A stretch of DNA of 64,000 nt from Paramecium tetraurelia (lineage: Eukaryota), in the NCBI GenBank assembly GCA_000165425.1, contig CT868021.1:1-64000 (forward strand), written 5' to 3'. The notes below the pieces were generated by a model. That model did no database searches and was not told the DNA's origin. It worked only from the letters and a program-made list of their open reading frames with translations. How positions within the stretch are numbered: the stretch's first letter is position 1; the number at the start of each line of letters is the position of its first letter. The position numbers and the translations under genes are program-made. Shown here in pieces: positions 27,791 to 41,757 of the stretch.

Positions 27791-29863
27791 TCAATCAAAT
27801 CTGATACGTCTTAAATTTGCAGCAAGGACAGAATCATCGGCTTGGATGATTTCAAATTTTTTTTGGATGAATGAAAATTAGATTTCTTCTAGACAATCTT
27901 AACTTTATGAAAACTTGACAGTTTTTCCTTTGTAAACTTCTTCATCAAATCCTTAGACAACAACTCCAGGGGGAATCTTTATTGATTTGACTTAACTTAT
28001 TTTTTCCTAGAGATTATATATTAATATTTACTCTCGCAAGGGATGGAGTATCTCTACAGATTTCAAATTTTGTTCCCTTGAATCCACATTCAGTATATAA
28101 TTCAACGCAATCTTCTTTTAATTCATAAAGGATTTGGAATTCTCTGAAACCCCATGATTCATCATCAGCAGCTTAATCTAATGTAGAACTTAAGACAACG
28201 TTGGCAGTGGGGTTAGTGTGTTCAAGAATGACATCAACGTTGAAAAAGTAAGTCATCCAAGTGCTTTAAGGAGCTCCACAGATTTTGGCTTATCCTGGAG
28301 TACTGAATCCAAAGGATCTTTCAAAGACTACCTTGCCATCAACGAAGAGTTAGAATTTCTCATCATCCCATGAATCTATCTTCCAGAATTAGAACTATAT
28401 TCTGAGTCTTGAATGTTTGGGAAGATTGAAGTTTCTCTCGGCCTTACCCTTGGCACCAAATCTTTAATAACCACCAAACAATTTCTTTTATCCACATGTT
28501 GAAAATGGATTTTAATTTTAGAATACATTTGATGGAACCCAATCATACAATCCTTAGAAATCTTATTCATCATTAAAGAAGAATCTGTTCAATGTCATCC
28601 ATTTAACTAATCAATTTATATATCTATTTAATTACTTCCTTCTTTGCATTCACCATTGACGAGATCGAAACCTTATCCACATGAAGTACAATCAGATTTA
28701 GCTGGTCCAGTACAACCGGTACATCCTTTGAAACATTGGGCAGCAAATAATTAGAAGTCTCTGACTCCCCATGATTCATTCTCAGGTGGTTCATCCAATG
28801 TAGATTTCATTAAAACTTTGACTTCAGGGAATTTGTGAGGGACATTAATTTCAATATTAACTATCTTTTCAGCCCATCCTTCTCCTTATTTAGCACCTGT
28901 ATCAACACCACAGAGATCTACTCCTTCATTATAAGCAAATGCTTGTCTGAATTTCTCTTAGTCATCAATTTCCATTAAGAACAACTCGTTATCCCAAGAA
29001 TCAATCTTCCACATTTAAACTTTCACCTTGACTTAATAGTGGGGTGGTAAATTTGTGAATCTCTTCCACAAATTGGCCTTTCTTCCTAATTTTCCAAAAC
29101 CACCAAAGAGTTGTACTCCTGCACATTCATTTGATTCAGCTTTTCCTTCTCCATCCAATGTCCATCCTTCTAATGAAATTTATTTATTCCAATTAGTAGC
29201 TACATTTGTCCAAAAGAAACAATTATCTGGTTTATTATCTCCACAAACTGCACATTCTGAATGACATCTTTGGAATGACAATTTGAAATCTCTGAATGCC
29301 CAAGATTCCTATGATACATAGTGAATTTTACATTCAAAGCATCTTCATCCAAATTAGATGTCAAAACTATACTTACTGTTGGTGAATTGTGTGGGACTTC
29401 AAATTCAATATTATAAAAGGCTTCTTTCCAGTCATTTGCTGCTCCACATAAATTTGCTCCCTCTGAATAATGCCATTTTGCTTGCCATATGAATCCATCA
29501 ACCAAAACAAACATAATTTCATTATCCCAACTATCTATTCTAAAGGTTTATTATAGAAATTAATTTGTACTTCCATAACTGCACATTAATCTTTAATTTA
29601 TAATGTGGAGGAAGATTCAATTATTTTAATGCTGTTGCTCCTTTTCCAAATGCTCCATAACCACCAACCAAACTCACTTTATCACACTTACTAAAAGTGT
29701 TTCCTTTAAATGCCTTCTTTACAACCCAGCCTTAGAATAATGATCATTCTTTACCATCCAAATCAGTTATTTCTGCTGATGTAAATGCTGTATAATGAGT
29801 TACCCAAGGGTCCTGAGCCAGCAAGATCTGCATGCCCAATAAAATAAGCAGAATTGTCTTCAT
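27791..29863 (-). CDS. Secreted protein: 3 WKIDSWD repeat domains, furin-like Cys linkers, C-terminal beta/gamma-crystallin domain
   Basis: Signal peptide MKTILLILLGMQILLA; three repeats with LPPH...WKIDSWD(N/D)E...LD(E/Q)...ESWG.R; linker CSKGCTGCTGPAKSDCTSC; tail CVELYTECGFKGTKFEIC...VKSIKIPPGVVVQGFDEEVYKG; several tiny introns. Confidence 0.85.
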
Positions 29864-30491
29864 AATATATTTATATTAATGCTTATCAATTCTCTGTAAA
29901 AACGAATAATTTATAATTTGTATTAGCAGATTATCCAATTTATCAATAATTTATCTACTTCCACTTCATTAATTCTTCATAAGCGACCTTTCATAACACA
30001 TACTAATCCAAACATGCATATTCCACGAAAATCAATTAAACGTTTCTCGCTAATCTCGTGTATTTAATGAATTAAATTATGAGTAATCTAACACTTACAG
30101 AGTCATTAACTGCTATAATCATTTGATAAAACAATAGATGATTTGATGGTTAAAGTAAAAATATAATCAACTAGAATAAGTTTTACAGTGTTTTATTCTA
30201 ATTTATTTTAAGATACAAGTTTGATTTAGAGCTTGATAATAAAAAGTAGATTGATTCTTATTTGAAATACCCTTTATTGAGTGAAATAAGTAAACTGTTT
30301 AAACGACTAATTTAAAATGAAAAGATAAACCTAATTTCAATGAGAATTATCTCATGTTCAAATTAAGATATATTTTATAAGGATGACTTCAGATATCCAC
30401 ATAAAGAACCTGTTTGAAAAATTCAATTAAGTTGTATAATTGGATTTTGTACATATTAAATATCAGGAGAGTTCTTTATATACTGATTTAT

Positions 30492-32787
30492 ATGAATAAT
30501 TATAAAGTTTATTTAAGAGTAAGACCAATTGAATATGATCAATCTATGCTAAGTATAGATTAGAATGTTATCTCTATTAAGGTATTTGTAATGAAAATAA
30601 TGGCAGGATCCAACAAATAAATAAGCAGAATGGCAACAATATCGGTATGATAAGATTTTCCCAGCATCCTCATCATAATAGGAACTATTTGAAAGTGTGT
30701 TTAATTTTGATTATGAGAATAAGAATGGGTGTATAATATCCTATGGACAATCAGGCAGTGGTAAAAGTTACTCCTTATTTGGTAATGTTTAAAATCCAGG
30801 AATCGTTCCTTTATTGATTTAACAGATTCTTCAAAAAGGGTCAAATGTTTAAGTTTCATTTCAAGAGATTTATGTGGATTAAATAAGAGATTTAAATACG
30901 AATCTCATAACTGAGGAGTTTACTAAGCGATAAATATTGTTAATCAATGACTTTTGGGACATGATCAAAATTGTTAGAAACACCGACATCAAAAGATAAA
31001 TGAGAACTCACATTATACTCACATTAGAGATAAACTCCAATACTAAGTTGCAATTTGTAGATTTGGCAGGATCTGAGAGAGTGGCAAAAAATATAACTGA
31101 AGGGGAGAAATTTCAAGAGGCCATCCTTATAACTGCCAGTCATCAAGTACTTAATCGTTGCTTAAATTCTTTCAACCAAAATCCAAGCAAAATATTACCA
31201 AAAAAGGAATCCAAATTAACATCAGCATTAATCATTGAAAATAATACTCAAGTCTTTTTAATAGGAGCAATCAACCCTAGTCAATCAAACTATGAAGAAT
31301 GCTTATTGACATTGCAATATTTAGATAGAACCAAAAATATTTAAGTTTCAATTAAAAAATAACAATCAATGTTAGGTTTAGATTCTTAGATTAACGTTCA
31401 ATAAGAAAAGGAAATCAAGAAATTAAAGGATGAGATAGAGGAATTTAAAATTAAAATAGAACAATTAAATGCTGATAGGAAGAAGAGATTTCTTGAACTC
31501 TAACGACTTTTAGGGTTGGATATAGATTTAGAAAGACTATCTGCAAAAAATGCAAAGGATATTACCATATTCAAGAATTAATAGGAAGCCTTATTAAAAA
31601 ATGTAAGTTTATCCCAATAAATCGATGAATATCATTATGAAAATGCACAATTAAAAAAACAACTGGAAGATATGAAAAGGGATACTCATTCTAAGTTGGA
31701 GAGATACTAATAGCAAGTCTTAGAATAAAAGGAAATCAATAAAAAATTGAAAGATCAATTACAATTATCTAAAATGAGTGGAGATGATGCACTTAGATTA
31801 TTATCCTCAGATAGAGATCAATTTATTAAAAAATTGTAGGATGAATCAAAAAATTTACTAGAAGACAAAGTCGCTTCTATTCTCAATCTTCCTTAAACAG
31901 CTTAAACAAAAAATGTTGAAAATCAAAAGCTTCAAGAATTAAAAAAGTAAATCAAAACTGAAATTGAAAAGGATTTTAATAAAAGCCTAGAGATTATTAA
32001 AGCTGAATATAATAAGTCATTAGAACATTATAAATTTTAGTACGAGTAAAAGTTAAATGCTAAAGTCGAAGAAATTGAAAATTTCCTAAATTAATTCAAG
32101 AAATATAGAGAGAAAAAGAAGTATGATCTTTAATATTATATAGATCTTAAATAAATGAAATTGTTGAAGAATTATTGGATTTATATGATATTATAACAAA
32201 GCAAGGCAAAGTAATTGATAAAATTGAAACAGGAGGATATAGTGGTGGATTAAAATCTTTCAGTATTCCCAAGCAAGACAAACCTAATTTGCCAAACAAA
32301 GTTAAACATAAACAGTATGCTCTTTCATATCAATTTAGCTTATTCCATTTTCTTGATACTAATAGTGTGACTGCTACCTTAACCAAAAAGGCGTCAACTA
32401 TTGAAAAAACAATTAAAACAGCTACGAAATAATTAAGATAATCATAAAGCTAAATTATTTTAGAAATCGATTATAATTAATTGGATTCTATTAATTTTAT
32501 GTCCATGGATTTCAGTACTGTGAGAGCATATGCAAACAAATTAAGGGAGATGATTAAAGAACTTCAAGATTAAATTACTATAAATTCAGATAAATTTAAA
32601 TAATAAATTGCACAACTTTAGAGAGGTATAAATTCAAGTTTTTAGATTACCTAAAGAACGTGATGATGCTTAATAGAAATATAATATGGAAAGCAGAAAA
32701 TACAATTAAACAAGGGTCGTGATAGAATCATAAAATAGAATTTTGTAAAAGGTTAGACCACTTAGTTCAGTTTCAAGGAAATAGTGA
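30492..32787 (+). CDS. Divergent kinesin motor protein with coiled-coil tail
   Basis: KVYLRVRP, P-loop YGQSGSGKSYS, FQEIY, switch II FVDLAGSER, ESKLT, AINPS...EECLLTLQY; long coiled coil; TGA 32785-32787. Confidence 0.88.
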
Positions 32788-32816
32788 CTTGAATAATTTT
32801 TAATGTAAAAATCTTA

Positions 32817-35648
32817 TCATTAAATACTCCAACTCATTTTAGTTTAAAAAAAGCCAAAGCTAATTCCTTCTTATGATTCTGGCACTTCTTATGTTTATTT
32901 TTTTATATTTTAATATTTTTCCTTCCAAGTATTCTAATAATCAATATCATTTCTTACATAAATTTATGCCCATTATTATTTTTCTTAAAACTAATCAAAT
33001 GTTTATTGTTTATAACTCTAAAGCATAGCTTAAACCTACAGGTTTTCCTTTTGACCGTCATACAGTTTCTTATTGAGCTTGAGCATTTTAATTATATCAT
33101 CAATAGATTTTTTATAGGTTTAGAAGAAAAGTTCATTTTAGGAATGGTGCAGTTAATTTTAATTAAATTTCTTTTCCCCAAAAGAATGTCTTTGTATCTA
33201 ATGATAGAAAATTGTATCTTACTAATTAAATTAGAAACTGTTAAAATTACTCTAATAAATTTAGAGTTAATTCATAGTTTGAAAAATCAACAATCCAACC
33301 TAAATTAATAGAAAAGATCTTTTAAGTTATCTAAAATAGTTTCATGAAAAAGAATTCTTTCCTTATATTGAAAATCTTATCAAATTGATTTTAAATTTAA
33401 TCTATTTTAGGCCATAATTGGTTTGGAATTTCCGATTAGAAATCTGCCAATTTGATTTGCAACAATCTTTGGCAAATAGGTTTTAGTATTTGGATGTCAT
33501 TTGAATATTTCTTTTTTAATTCAAAATCATTTAACAATGAATTAAGGATATCCTGCAATATTTTTCTTTTTCTATCCAAACTTACATCTAAAATAGATTT
33601 TTATTTCAATAACTAGAGTATCTTACCCACATGTTCAAGCTAATATTCATTTTAAAATTCTTGTAATAAATTGACATGATCTATCCATAATGTAATTTCC
33701 TGAATAAAACTGTCTGTTTGTATTTTTGCAATATTTATTTATTTTTCGAGACTATTTAAATTAAGTGTCCAAACTGTGATTGTTTATTTAAGATCTTCAT
33801 CGGACTAGGTTAAATATAACAATATACAAGGATGTTGTCTTCAATTTTGTTTTTGTTTTTTAAAAATACTAATTTTTTTTAGGGTGGATTATAATTAGCA
33901 GGTTTAATGAGCCATTATTCTTTTTACATTTGTTCTTAAGTGGATGGGCGTGATTTTCCAACTTTTGAATAAAACGAGTTTTTCAAAAAGCTTTCTTTCA
34001 TATTTGAATCATTAGTAGTAGCTTGACTAATTTGATCACTATCAAAAATCATCATATTCCAGACTTGATACGTTTGTACCATGTAAAATGAAATTCTACA
34101 AACTAAAAATAGAATGATATTCAACCTGATCGCAATTGCATCTACTCCTTTTTATTAAGATAAGAGATGATTTCATCTCCACAGATTTCAAAAACCTTCC
34201 TAAATTTTTCAGATTGGTCAGGCAGAATTTATTCTTATTTTTTGATGTCTTTTCTTAGGTCCTTTTTCGAAATTATTGATCTTCTAATTTACATATTAAT
34301 ATAAAATATATTTATTGTGAGTATATATATTTATGAAATTGGTTGTTCAGGTTGAAATCTACTTGCGAAAATTTGACTTCTGCATTTTCTTAAAGATATT
34401 GTTAATTAATTACCACAATTTCCTCTTAAAATTCTTTAGATAACAATTCTTTTTATTTATCAGCTTCTAATCTCAGCCTTTGCCTTTCTTTCAATTCTTT
34501 TTCTTTTTCTTATTTCAATTTTTCAACTTTATCAAGTTTTTCATCAAACATTTCTCCCTTTTTCATTCTCTCTTTTTATAAGTTTTATTATTATTCTTCA
34601 ATTTACTTGAAATAAGTTTATAATTTTTATTATTCTTACTTCTATCTGTCACTCAGTTGCTTGTTCAAATTCTCTTATAACTACGTTAGAATTAGAGAAA
34701 TATTTACTTCTTGTGAGGATTTAAATTTTGCATCTAAAGATTGACTTAACTCTTTTAACTTCTTGTTTTCTATTTTTTTTTTATTTTCCAATACTTGTTC
34801 AATCTAATGATTGTGTTCTGATTTCTTTTTCAGTAAGACATCCAATTATTCTTTTTAATATTCATTTTCAAATTTTACAACAGTTTCAATAGTTTTACTA
34901 ACTTGAAGTTGTGATTGCTATAATTATAAAATATATCTTTACTTTTAATTACTCTAATTCGATCATTTTAGCTTGACTTAAATTTTTCTCGAATTCAATC
35001 CTCTTTTGTTCAGCTTTCTGCTTTAAATCTTCCTTGAATTTCAATTATTTCATGGATATGTCTTAGAATTTTTCTTTTTTTTTCATCAACAGTTGCGAAT
35101 TTCTAATTTCCTTATCTCTTAATTATTTCTCATATTCCATGAGATGTTACATCTCTCTTTATTATTTTTATCTTAGCTTTAAAAGCGGATCAATTTTTGA
35201 CATTATTCACGAACAATTATAATAAATAATAAATTATAATCATATAAGTTGTAATTTAGCATATACTTTTTTTCGATCTCCTTCACCATTATAAAATCTT
35301 ATAATTTATGTTGGATCCTTGAGATTAGTTTCTTTAATAAATTAGGTTTTTTTCCCATTTCTTTTTACTTAACAGTACTTCAACTATCAGCATTATACAC
35401 CTTTTGAATTGTTTGATTAATATTTTTCAACTTTTAATTTGAAACTCATTTTATGATAATAACTTGATTAATTTACATCAATATTCATTTATTATTTAAG
35501 CATCATCTTTATCTATTCCAATTTATGACTTGATGCTTCATAAATTGATATACTGAGTATTTATAGATTTACTCCCTTAAGATTTGAATATTTGATGATT
35601 CTACATATGTTCAACAAAGAAATTCGTCGAAATCTCATTTTTTGACAT
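32817..35648 (-). CDS. Large Q/E/K-rich coiled-coil protein of unknown function
   Basis: Starts MSKNEISTNFFVEHMQ, ends ...GISFGFFQTKMSWSIQ*; several tiny introns; interior not verified codon by codon, so it could be two genes. Confidence 0.65.
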
Positions 35649-35821
35649 TTATCTATATGATAACATTCGCAACCCCTTGCATGATTTCAAGAGTGATTGA
35701 CTTTTTGATAATTCCTCTGCTTTAAAGGATTGTTCATATTAATGAGGCATTTAGAATTGATTGTGTTGTTTGTGCTAGTAAAATGATAATGAGTGCATGA
35801 GTTTAATTAATAAATGAATTA

Positions 35822-37048
35822 ATGAAATAAATAATAACAATTTAAGTGGGGTAGAGTGGAAATCAGATTGGAAATGCAATATGGAATTAGATGATGGACG
35901 ATTGTGGAGAGAAATTGGATGAAAAGTTTTTTCGTAAAGGGATTCCTCGAACAATCCTAGTAGATAATGAGGAGAACACATTGGATAAGATTAGGGGAAA
36001 TAAGAATTTATCTTATTATGATCCAAATAATTTTGTGTGTGGAAAGAGTGCTAAGTGTTTGACATTTGCGAGTGGTTACTATGGTTAGAATGATTTATTT
36101 GATGAGATCGTGGAAAGGGTAAGAAAAGAATAAGAGCAATGTGATGGAATATAAGCAGTGTAATTGATTCATTCAATAAATGGTGGAACAGGATCTGGAA
36201 TAGGAGCCAAATTAGTATATTATACAAGTGATAATTTTTGTGATTGCTCCAAAATCAACATTTCTATTTATCCATCAAAATATGAAAATAGTGTGATTTA
36301 TCCATATAATTGTCTACTTGGTTTGATGCATCTAAATTACAATTACAATATGGGATTCTACTTTGATAATGATGCCTTACAACAAATGACAGAGAATATG
36401 TTTATTTATGATCAAAATTACGAAACTTACAACCAATTATTGGCTTTTGCAATGGATGGGATCTACAAATCCTTCCGTCACAATTCCTACTCCAATACGA
36501 ACTTTTATAAGATCTAAACTAACATCACTCCCTTTCCGAAATTGCATTGTTACACTGTGTCACTAGCTCCTCTATTTTCATACATCAATTCTCCAAGTCT
36601 ATTACAAGTGAGTAAAGAAATCTACTCTAAGCGAAATCAAACCTTCTCAATGTCCTTATCCCAAGGCTTGTTTCTAGCCTAGCAAATAATGGTCTATGGG
36701 GATACTGATGTGTTTTCAGTCTAGTAGGAATTCAAGTAGACTTTAACTTCAGATGAAGTCCAATTTGTCAGATGGATTGCAGATCCAATCACCTACACTG
36801 TTTGTCCAGTGAAGCAGAAACAATGTGATTTGATGGCCTTCTCTATCAATCATCATACGGCTATAGGAAACAAACTTAATTTATTGCAACAACAATACAG
36901 GACTCTTTTTCAAAAGAAAGCGTATTTGCACTTGTTCTTACAGGATGGCCTTGATGAGTTGGAACTTCAAGAGGCAGAATCTGCATGCGGAGATGTGATT
37001 TCAGAGTATTGTTGTTACAATGATTACACTGATACTACAGATGAATGA
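35822..37048 (+). CDS. Highly divergent tubulin (408 aa, intronless)
   Basis: MKQIITIQVGQSGNQIGNAIW, PRTILVDNE, CDGIQAVQLIHSINGGTGSGIG, VIYPYN, FDNDAL, TPFPKLH, KKAYLHLF...GLDELELQEAE; three supplied ORF fragments share this frame. Confidence 0.92.
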
Positions 37049-37108
37049 TTATATTGTTTGTTTTATTATAATTTTATAAACAAATCGAATATGTTATGCT
37101 GACTCCAT

Positions 37109-37849
37109 TCAATAAAGGTACTAATCACGATCCCATCTGTTCCCGTATTCGTTATCGATGTTGGAGTTGCAGCAAAAGTTTTTTAACTAAGGACGCGAAT
37201 CCTCATAGTTTGAAATGTAATCATCACACTCATCATAGCATTGATCTTATGAGTATTTTCATCAATCATACCTAAAATGGGTTTTACCGTTGGAGTATTG
37301 TATTGCACCACTGGTTTGGCTGTCATGTTTAACAGTATCTCCCCGTCTGCATTTTAATTGCCCATTCTCCTTCTGTTTCTCTTGTTCCTCTTTTGCCCTG
37401 CTGCTGTATAAGGATTGAATTTCTGGTGGTGAGATCTACTTAATACTTTATTTTACCTACACTACGACGGAGATCTGGTTCCTATTGTTAGTGACATCAG
37501 TTTGAAGATTTTGTTATTCTTTCGATTTTATTGACTCTACATCGACGTGCTGTGGTGCTACTCCAAGAACTCTACGTATATTTGATGTTCCTGACTAGTC
37601 CAATGACCTTGATTCTTCATCCCAATTTACCCTTGCTCCTTATTGATTTTCTTTTTCGCCCCCTCTGTCTTCTTGCTCCCTTCCTATAAATCATCACAAT
37701 CCCCTTACTTTTTAACTAAAATCAGCGCCACTCTGACTGTTGGTCCTTTGACTGCTGTGGGTCTCACTAACTTCATTGTGTTAGCCATCTTGATTTTCCA
37801 AAGGATGAGATGAATATGAAGGTAAGCTTAAGACACAGCTGTCTTTCAT
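37109..37849 (-). CDS. Single-repeat Myb (SHAQKYF-class) transcription factor
   Basis: GHWTSQEHQIYVEFL...KIFKLMSLTIGTRSPSQCRSHHQKF; three tiny introns. Confidence 0.88.
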
Positions 37850-38679
37850 TTAAGGTATTAAAATAATTATTATATTCCCATCTACATATCACACTCATAA
37901 GTCCAAATTCGCTATAATATTTTCATCTACCCCCCTACATCCTCACTTTTTATATTTAATAATTTACAATTATTTTTATATTATTTTATATCACCCTTCA
38001 AGTTTTCTAATATTCTAATAGAATATTTCATTTTTAGTCACCCAATTCTCCTTCATACTCAAGTTGGTTACAGAATTCTACCCATCAAATCCAATACATT
38101 GAAGCAATACCAAAAATTAAAATTCTTACGGATTAAATAAGATCATACATATGCTAATTCATTGTGAATTATTCTATAGTATTCATTCAACTCTTGACTA
38201 GTCTCAAAAACAATTCCTTTTAATCATTAAACTTCTATTGATTATATTTAAACAAGATATTAATTTAGATCAAGTCAGATTAGATTTAATAATATACTGT
38301 AATATCATGAGTAAATATAGGAATAATTTCAAATTTATGAATATAAAAATCATCCTTTCCATAATTATTATCAATTCCTAATTCCTCATTAGTATGCATT
38401 ACTCATATAGAAATTAGGAACCAATATATGTTTTGTAATTGACAAATAGGAAAGTATTTCTTATTAAAAAAGTTATGCAATAATTCATATAAATTTATAA
38501 AATATTATTATTAATGATGATTTAAAAATTTAAAATTAATTGGATCTAATTGCAATTGATAGGTATTTGTTGCAGTTTATTTATTATGTAGAGGTGTTGT
38601 AATACTATAAAATATAAATTATAAAATATAAAACAATTTGGAAATTTAATATATTAACATACACAAGTGTTGTAAACAA

Positions 38680-39592
38680 TCAGAATCTCAATGACTTCTC
38701 ACTCTTCACAGCTCCAAACTTCTCATTTAGTAAGCTCTTAATTTTAGTATAGTCATTGTAACTCCATGATTTCTTTGTGTCCTTTTCATTCAACATCTTA
38801 AGAGCCTAGATGGATATCAACAAAATAGTAATACTTATCCCCATGTGACAAATCTACCCTTGACTCGTAATCTCTCTTCAGCAACCTTTTATCTGATGTG
38901 ATAGTGAACTTTCTTCTCGTAAGTTCGATTGTGTTTCTTTTCTAGATATCGCTTGACTTTTTATTTTCTCGCCATTTCCTTGAGTGATTCATGATTTGTT
39001 GAAGTACACAATTGTTCGACCCAATCTTCAAACTTCAAAGTTTCTTCATCATTTAGGATATCATCACACAATCCCACTTTGATTCTCAATAGATCATCTC
39101 CCTTCACATAGTTTGAAACAAATTCATCCTATTTTTGGGACGGTGTGAAGCGCATATTCAATTCATCCAAATGATTATCGACGTTAGAAGGAGCAGGCAA
39201 ATTCTTGGGGTATGAATATTTCTTTTAATTTTCACGTTAGAGCATATCAGCCAATCTCTCCAAATCTCCCATTGGTTGTACTTCTGATTGTTCTGCTGTG
39301 GTGCATTCCAATTAGAGACAAACCTTTTTTTTGGGATCTTCATCGAGATTGAATTCCTCAAAAGTAATTGCCTTTGGTCTTTTGAAATGTGATAACTACT
39401 GAGGGGAAAAAACAGGGAATTGAATCTCCTCTTACAACTCTTCCTACTAATACAATGATAAACAAATTGTTTTACTTATTCATCATCTGCCATATAATGA
39501 GGTTCGCTATAAGTAAAGGAGTTGTCCTTCTCTATTTCTAATTTCTCATCCTTCTCGATTACTATATCACTTAACACTTTTTGGGTGTTCAT
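38680..39592 (-). CDS. CCT-motif protein
   Basis: RKQKVKRYLEKKHNRTYEKKVHYHIRQKVAEERLRVKGRFV matches the CONSTANS/CO-like/TOC1 motif; two tiny introns; TGA at 38680. Confidence 0.88.
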
Positions 39593-40077
39593 TTTATGCA
39601 CAAGATTTTATTTGGTTTAAAAATCTTTTTATTTATATCCAAATTATCATAAACCTTTAAATATTGCCTCTTCCAATGTATTCAAATATGCTTCAAATTA
39701 AGAAATCTCTTTTTTTTAAATGGAACCAACCTAACAAGCTGGTTCTTTGAATGAATATTTGAATTTATTTCTAAATTTTTATAATCTCAATAGCAATAAG
39801 AAGAACCTCAGATCTACATTAATTAAAAACATCACCTTCGATGTTGAACAGAAAATTGCTTAGAAAATTAATGGTACACAATAAAAATGAATAAGACATC
39901 GTAGGGGTGTAAGAAAACTGTGTAATGAAATTGTTGAAATGAATATTTTTCACCATTTGGGGTTTTAACACTCAATCGATGATGGATGAGAGAGACTTTT
40001 TTAATTTTATTGTATCAGATTTAGATGATAATGTTTTTGAGGATTATTTTAATTTTGTTATTATAATTATATAAATA

Positions 40078-41284
40078 ATGTATTAAGACGCCAGTTACTA
40101 CTCATAATCTTAGTAGAAATAATCAGTCAAGAATAATTCAATGAAAGTCGCACGATAATGGTAGATAAATGATTAAAAAGCAGAAAAAAATGGATTACAC
40201 AAAGCTATTTATTGGGTAAAGAGTTAAACAAAGAACGAAGATGGAACTTAAAAATAAGAGAGATGGGTGGCTGACTAAAAATATGTTGGTGATTGGAATC
40301 AAAACAAAAAGTGTGGCTTTGGTGTATAATACTATGGGAATGGTGATAAATATGAAGGTGGATGGTTTGACAATCAAAGAAATGGATAGGGTACATATTG
40401 GGTGAGTGAAGGGAAGAATAAGTATAGACATTCAAATTTATGATTCTAGAATGAGAAGAGAATATACAGGAGATTGGGTGAATGACAAGAAAACAGGCAA
40501 GGGAACCATGTTTTATTAGAATGGAAATAGATATGATGGTGTATGGTAGGATGATAAATCACATGGAGAAGGACGTATGATTTATGCCAATGGCGATGTT
40601 TACGAAGGCTCATGGTTTAAAGGCTTAAGAAGCGGTTATGGAGTCTTAACAAAAAGAAATGGAGATCATTTTGAGGGCTATTGGGTAAACGATAAGAGAG
40701 TAATAAATATACATTATTATTATTCAGGAAGGTCAAGGATCCTACTTCTTTGCTACCAAGAATCAAGTATTTGTTGGAGAATGGGTCGACGATATGCCCA
40801 AAACTGGAGTGTATTCTGAAGTAGAGGATCCCTACACAGTCAAGGAGGAGAGGGAGAAGCATTTCATGGATCCTTATGTGTTGCCAGATATTCCTAAAGT
40901 TGAATTGCATGATCCTACCAATGTTCTTAAGGAGTCTATGGAGTTGGCTAGAAAGGAGCGAATCATTTACAGAGCCATTCACATTCCATTGGATGAAATG
41001 TATTCTAAGTAGGAGATGGAAGACTTGGCTTTGCAATTTGAGTCTGCTTCTAATTAGGAACATAAAATTACTTTAATTAATAGCAAAGCCATTTTTTAGA
41101 GCATGGGTTTTGATATTGAAGGTAATTAATTGGTTTTATCTTAGAAAAAATACTTCAAAGCTATTTAAAGCATTTGCAATAGGATAAGTACAACGAATTT
41201 GAAATAGAGTTGGAAACATTCATGAGATTAGTAGCAATTATATTAGAAAGTCAAGGGTATGATCAATCTGAGATTAATATTTGA
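40078..41284 (+). CDS. MORN3: MORN-repeat protein, MORN3-like
   Basis: DQKAEKNGLHKAIY, multiple YEGxWxxxxRxGxG repeats, IPKVELHDPTNVL; three tiny introns. Confidence 0.8.
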
Positions 41285-41757
41285 TATAGATTATTATTAG
41301 TATTAATTTCAATAGAATAAATTACTAAAGGAAGTGCAGATTTTTTATTTTTTTTTTTAGATCTAAAAAACCGAAAAATTGACTGCTAATTTTTATAAAT
41401 TTATTCTTCGATTTTACTAAGAAAGGTCAAAAAGTAATAATATATTTTAACTTTTGGGTCGAATATTATTAACCTATACATTCTACACTCATTATATTAT
41501 TGTTAACAATAATATGATTTAGAGTCATCATAATCAGTAGGGTTGTAGTTTTGATTAATGAGGATCCTAATTTTTGTAAATGAGATATAAGGCATAATTT
41601 TTACTTTGAATATGAAACATCACAATCACCCATTGATGTTGTTTTGGTTTCAAGTGTTTGAAAAAGCGAATTCACATTATTTTTGAAAATTATGATAGGT
41701 TGAGATCTTGATAAATTAAATATAGTTATATATATATTACAGTATATAATATTTAAT

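Noticed and set aside
39720..39942. Possible small spliced ORF MEPTQQAGSLNEYL...
   Set aside because: Short, motif-free, and depends on a speculative intron.
40195..41063. Antisense ORFs over the MORN3 gene (and similar ones over other genes)
   Set aside because: Shadow ORFs of real genes on the opposite strand.
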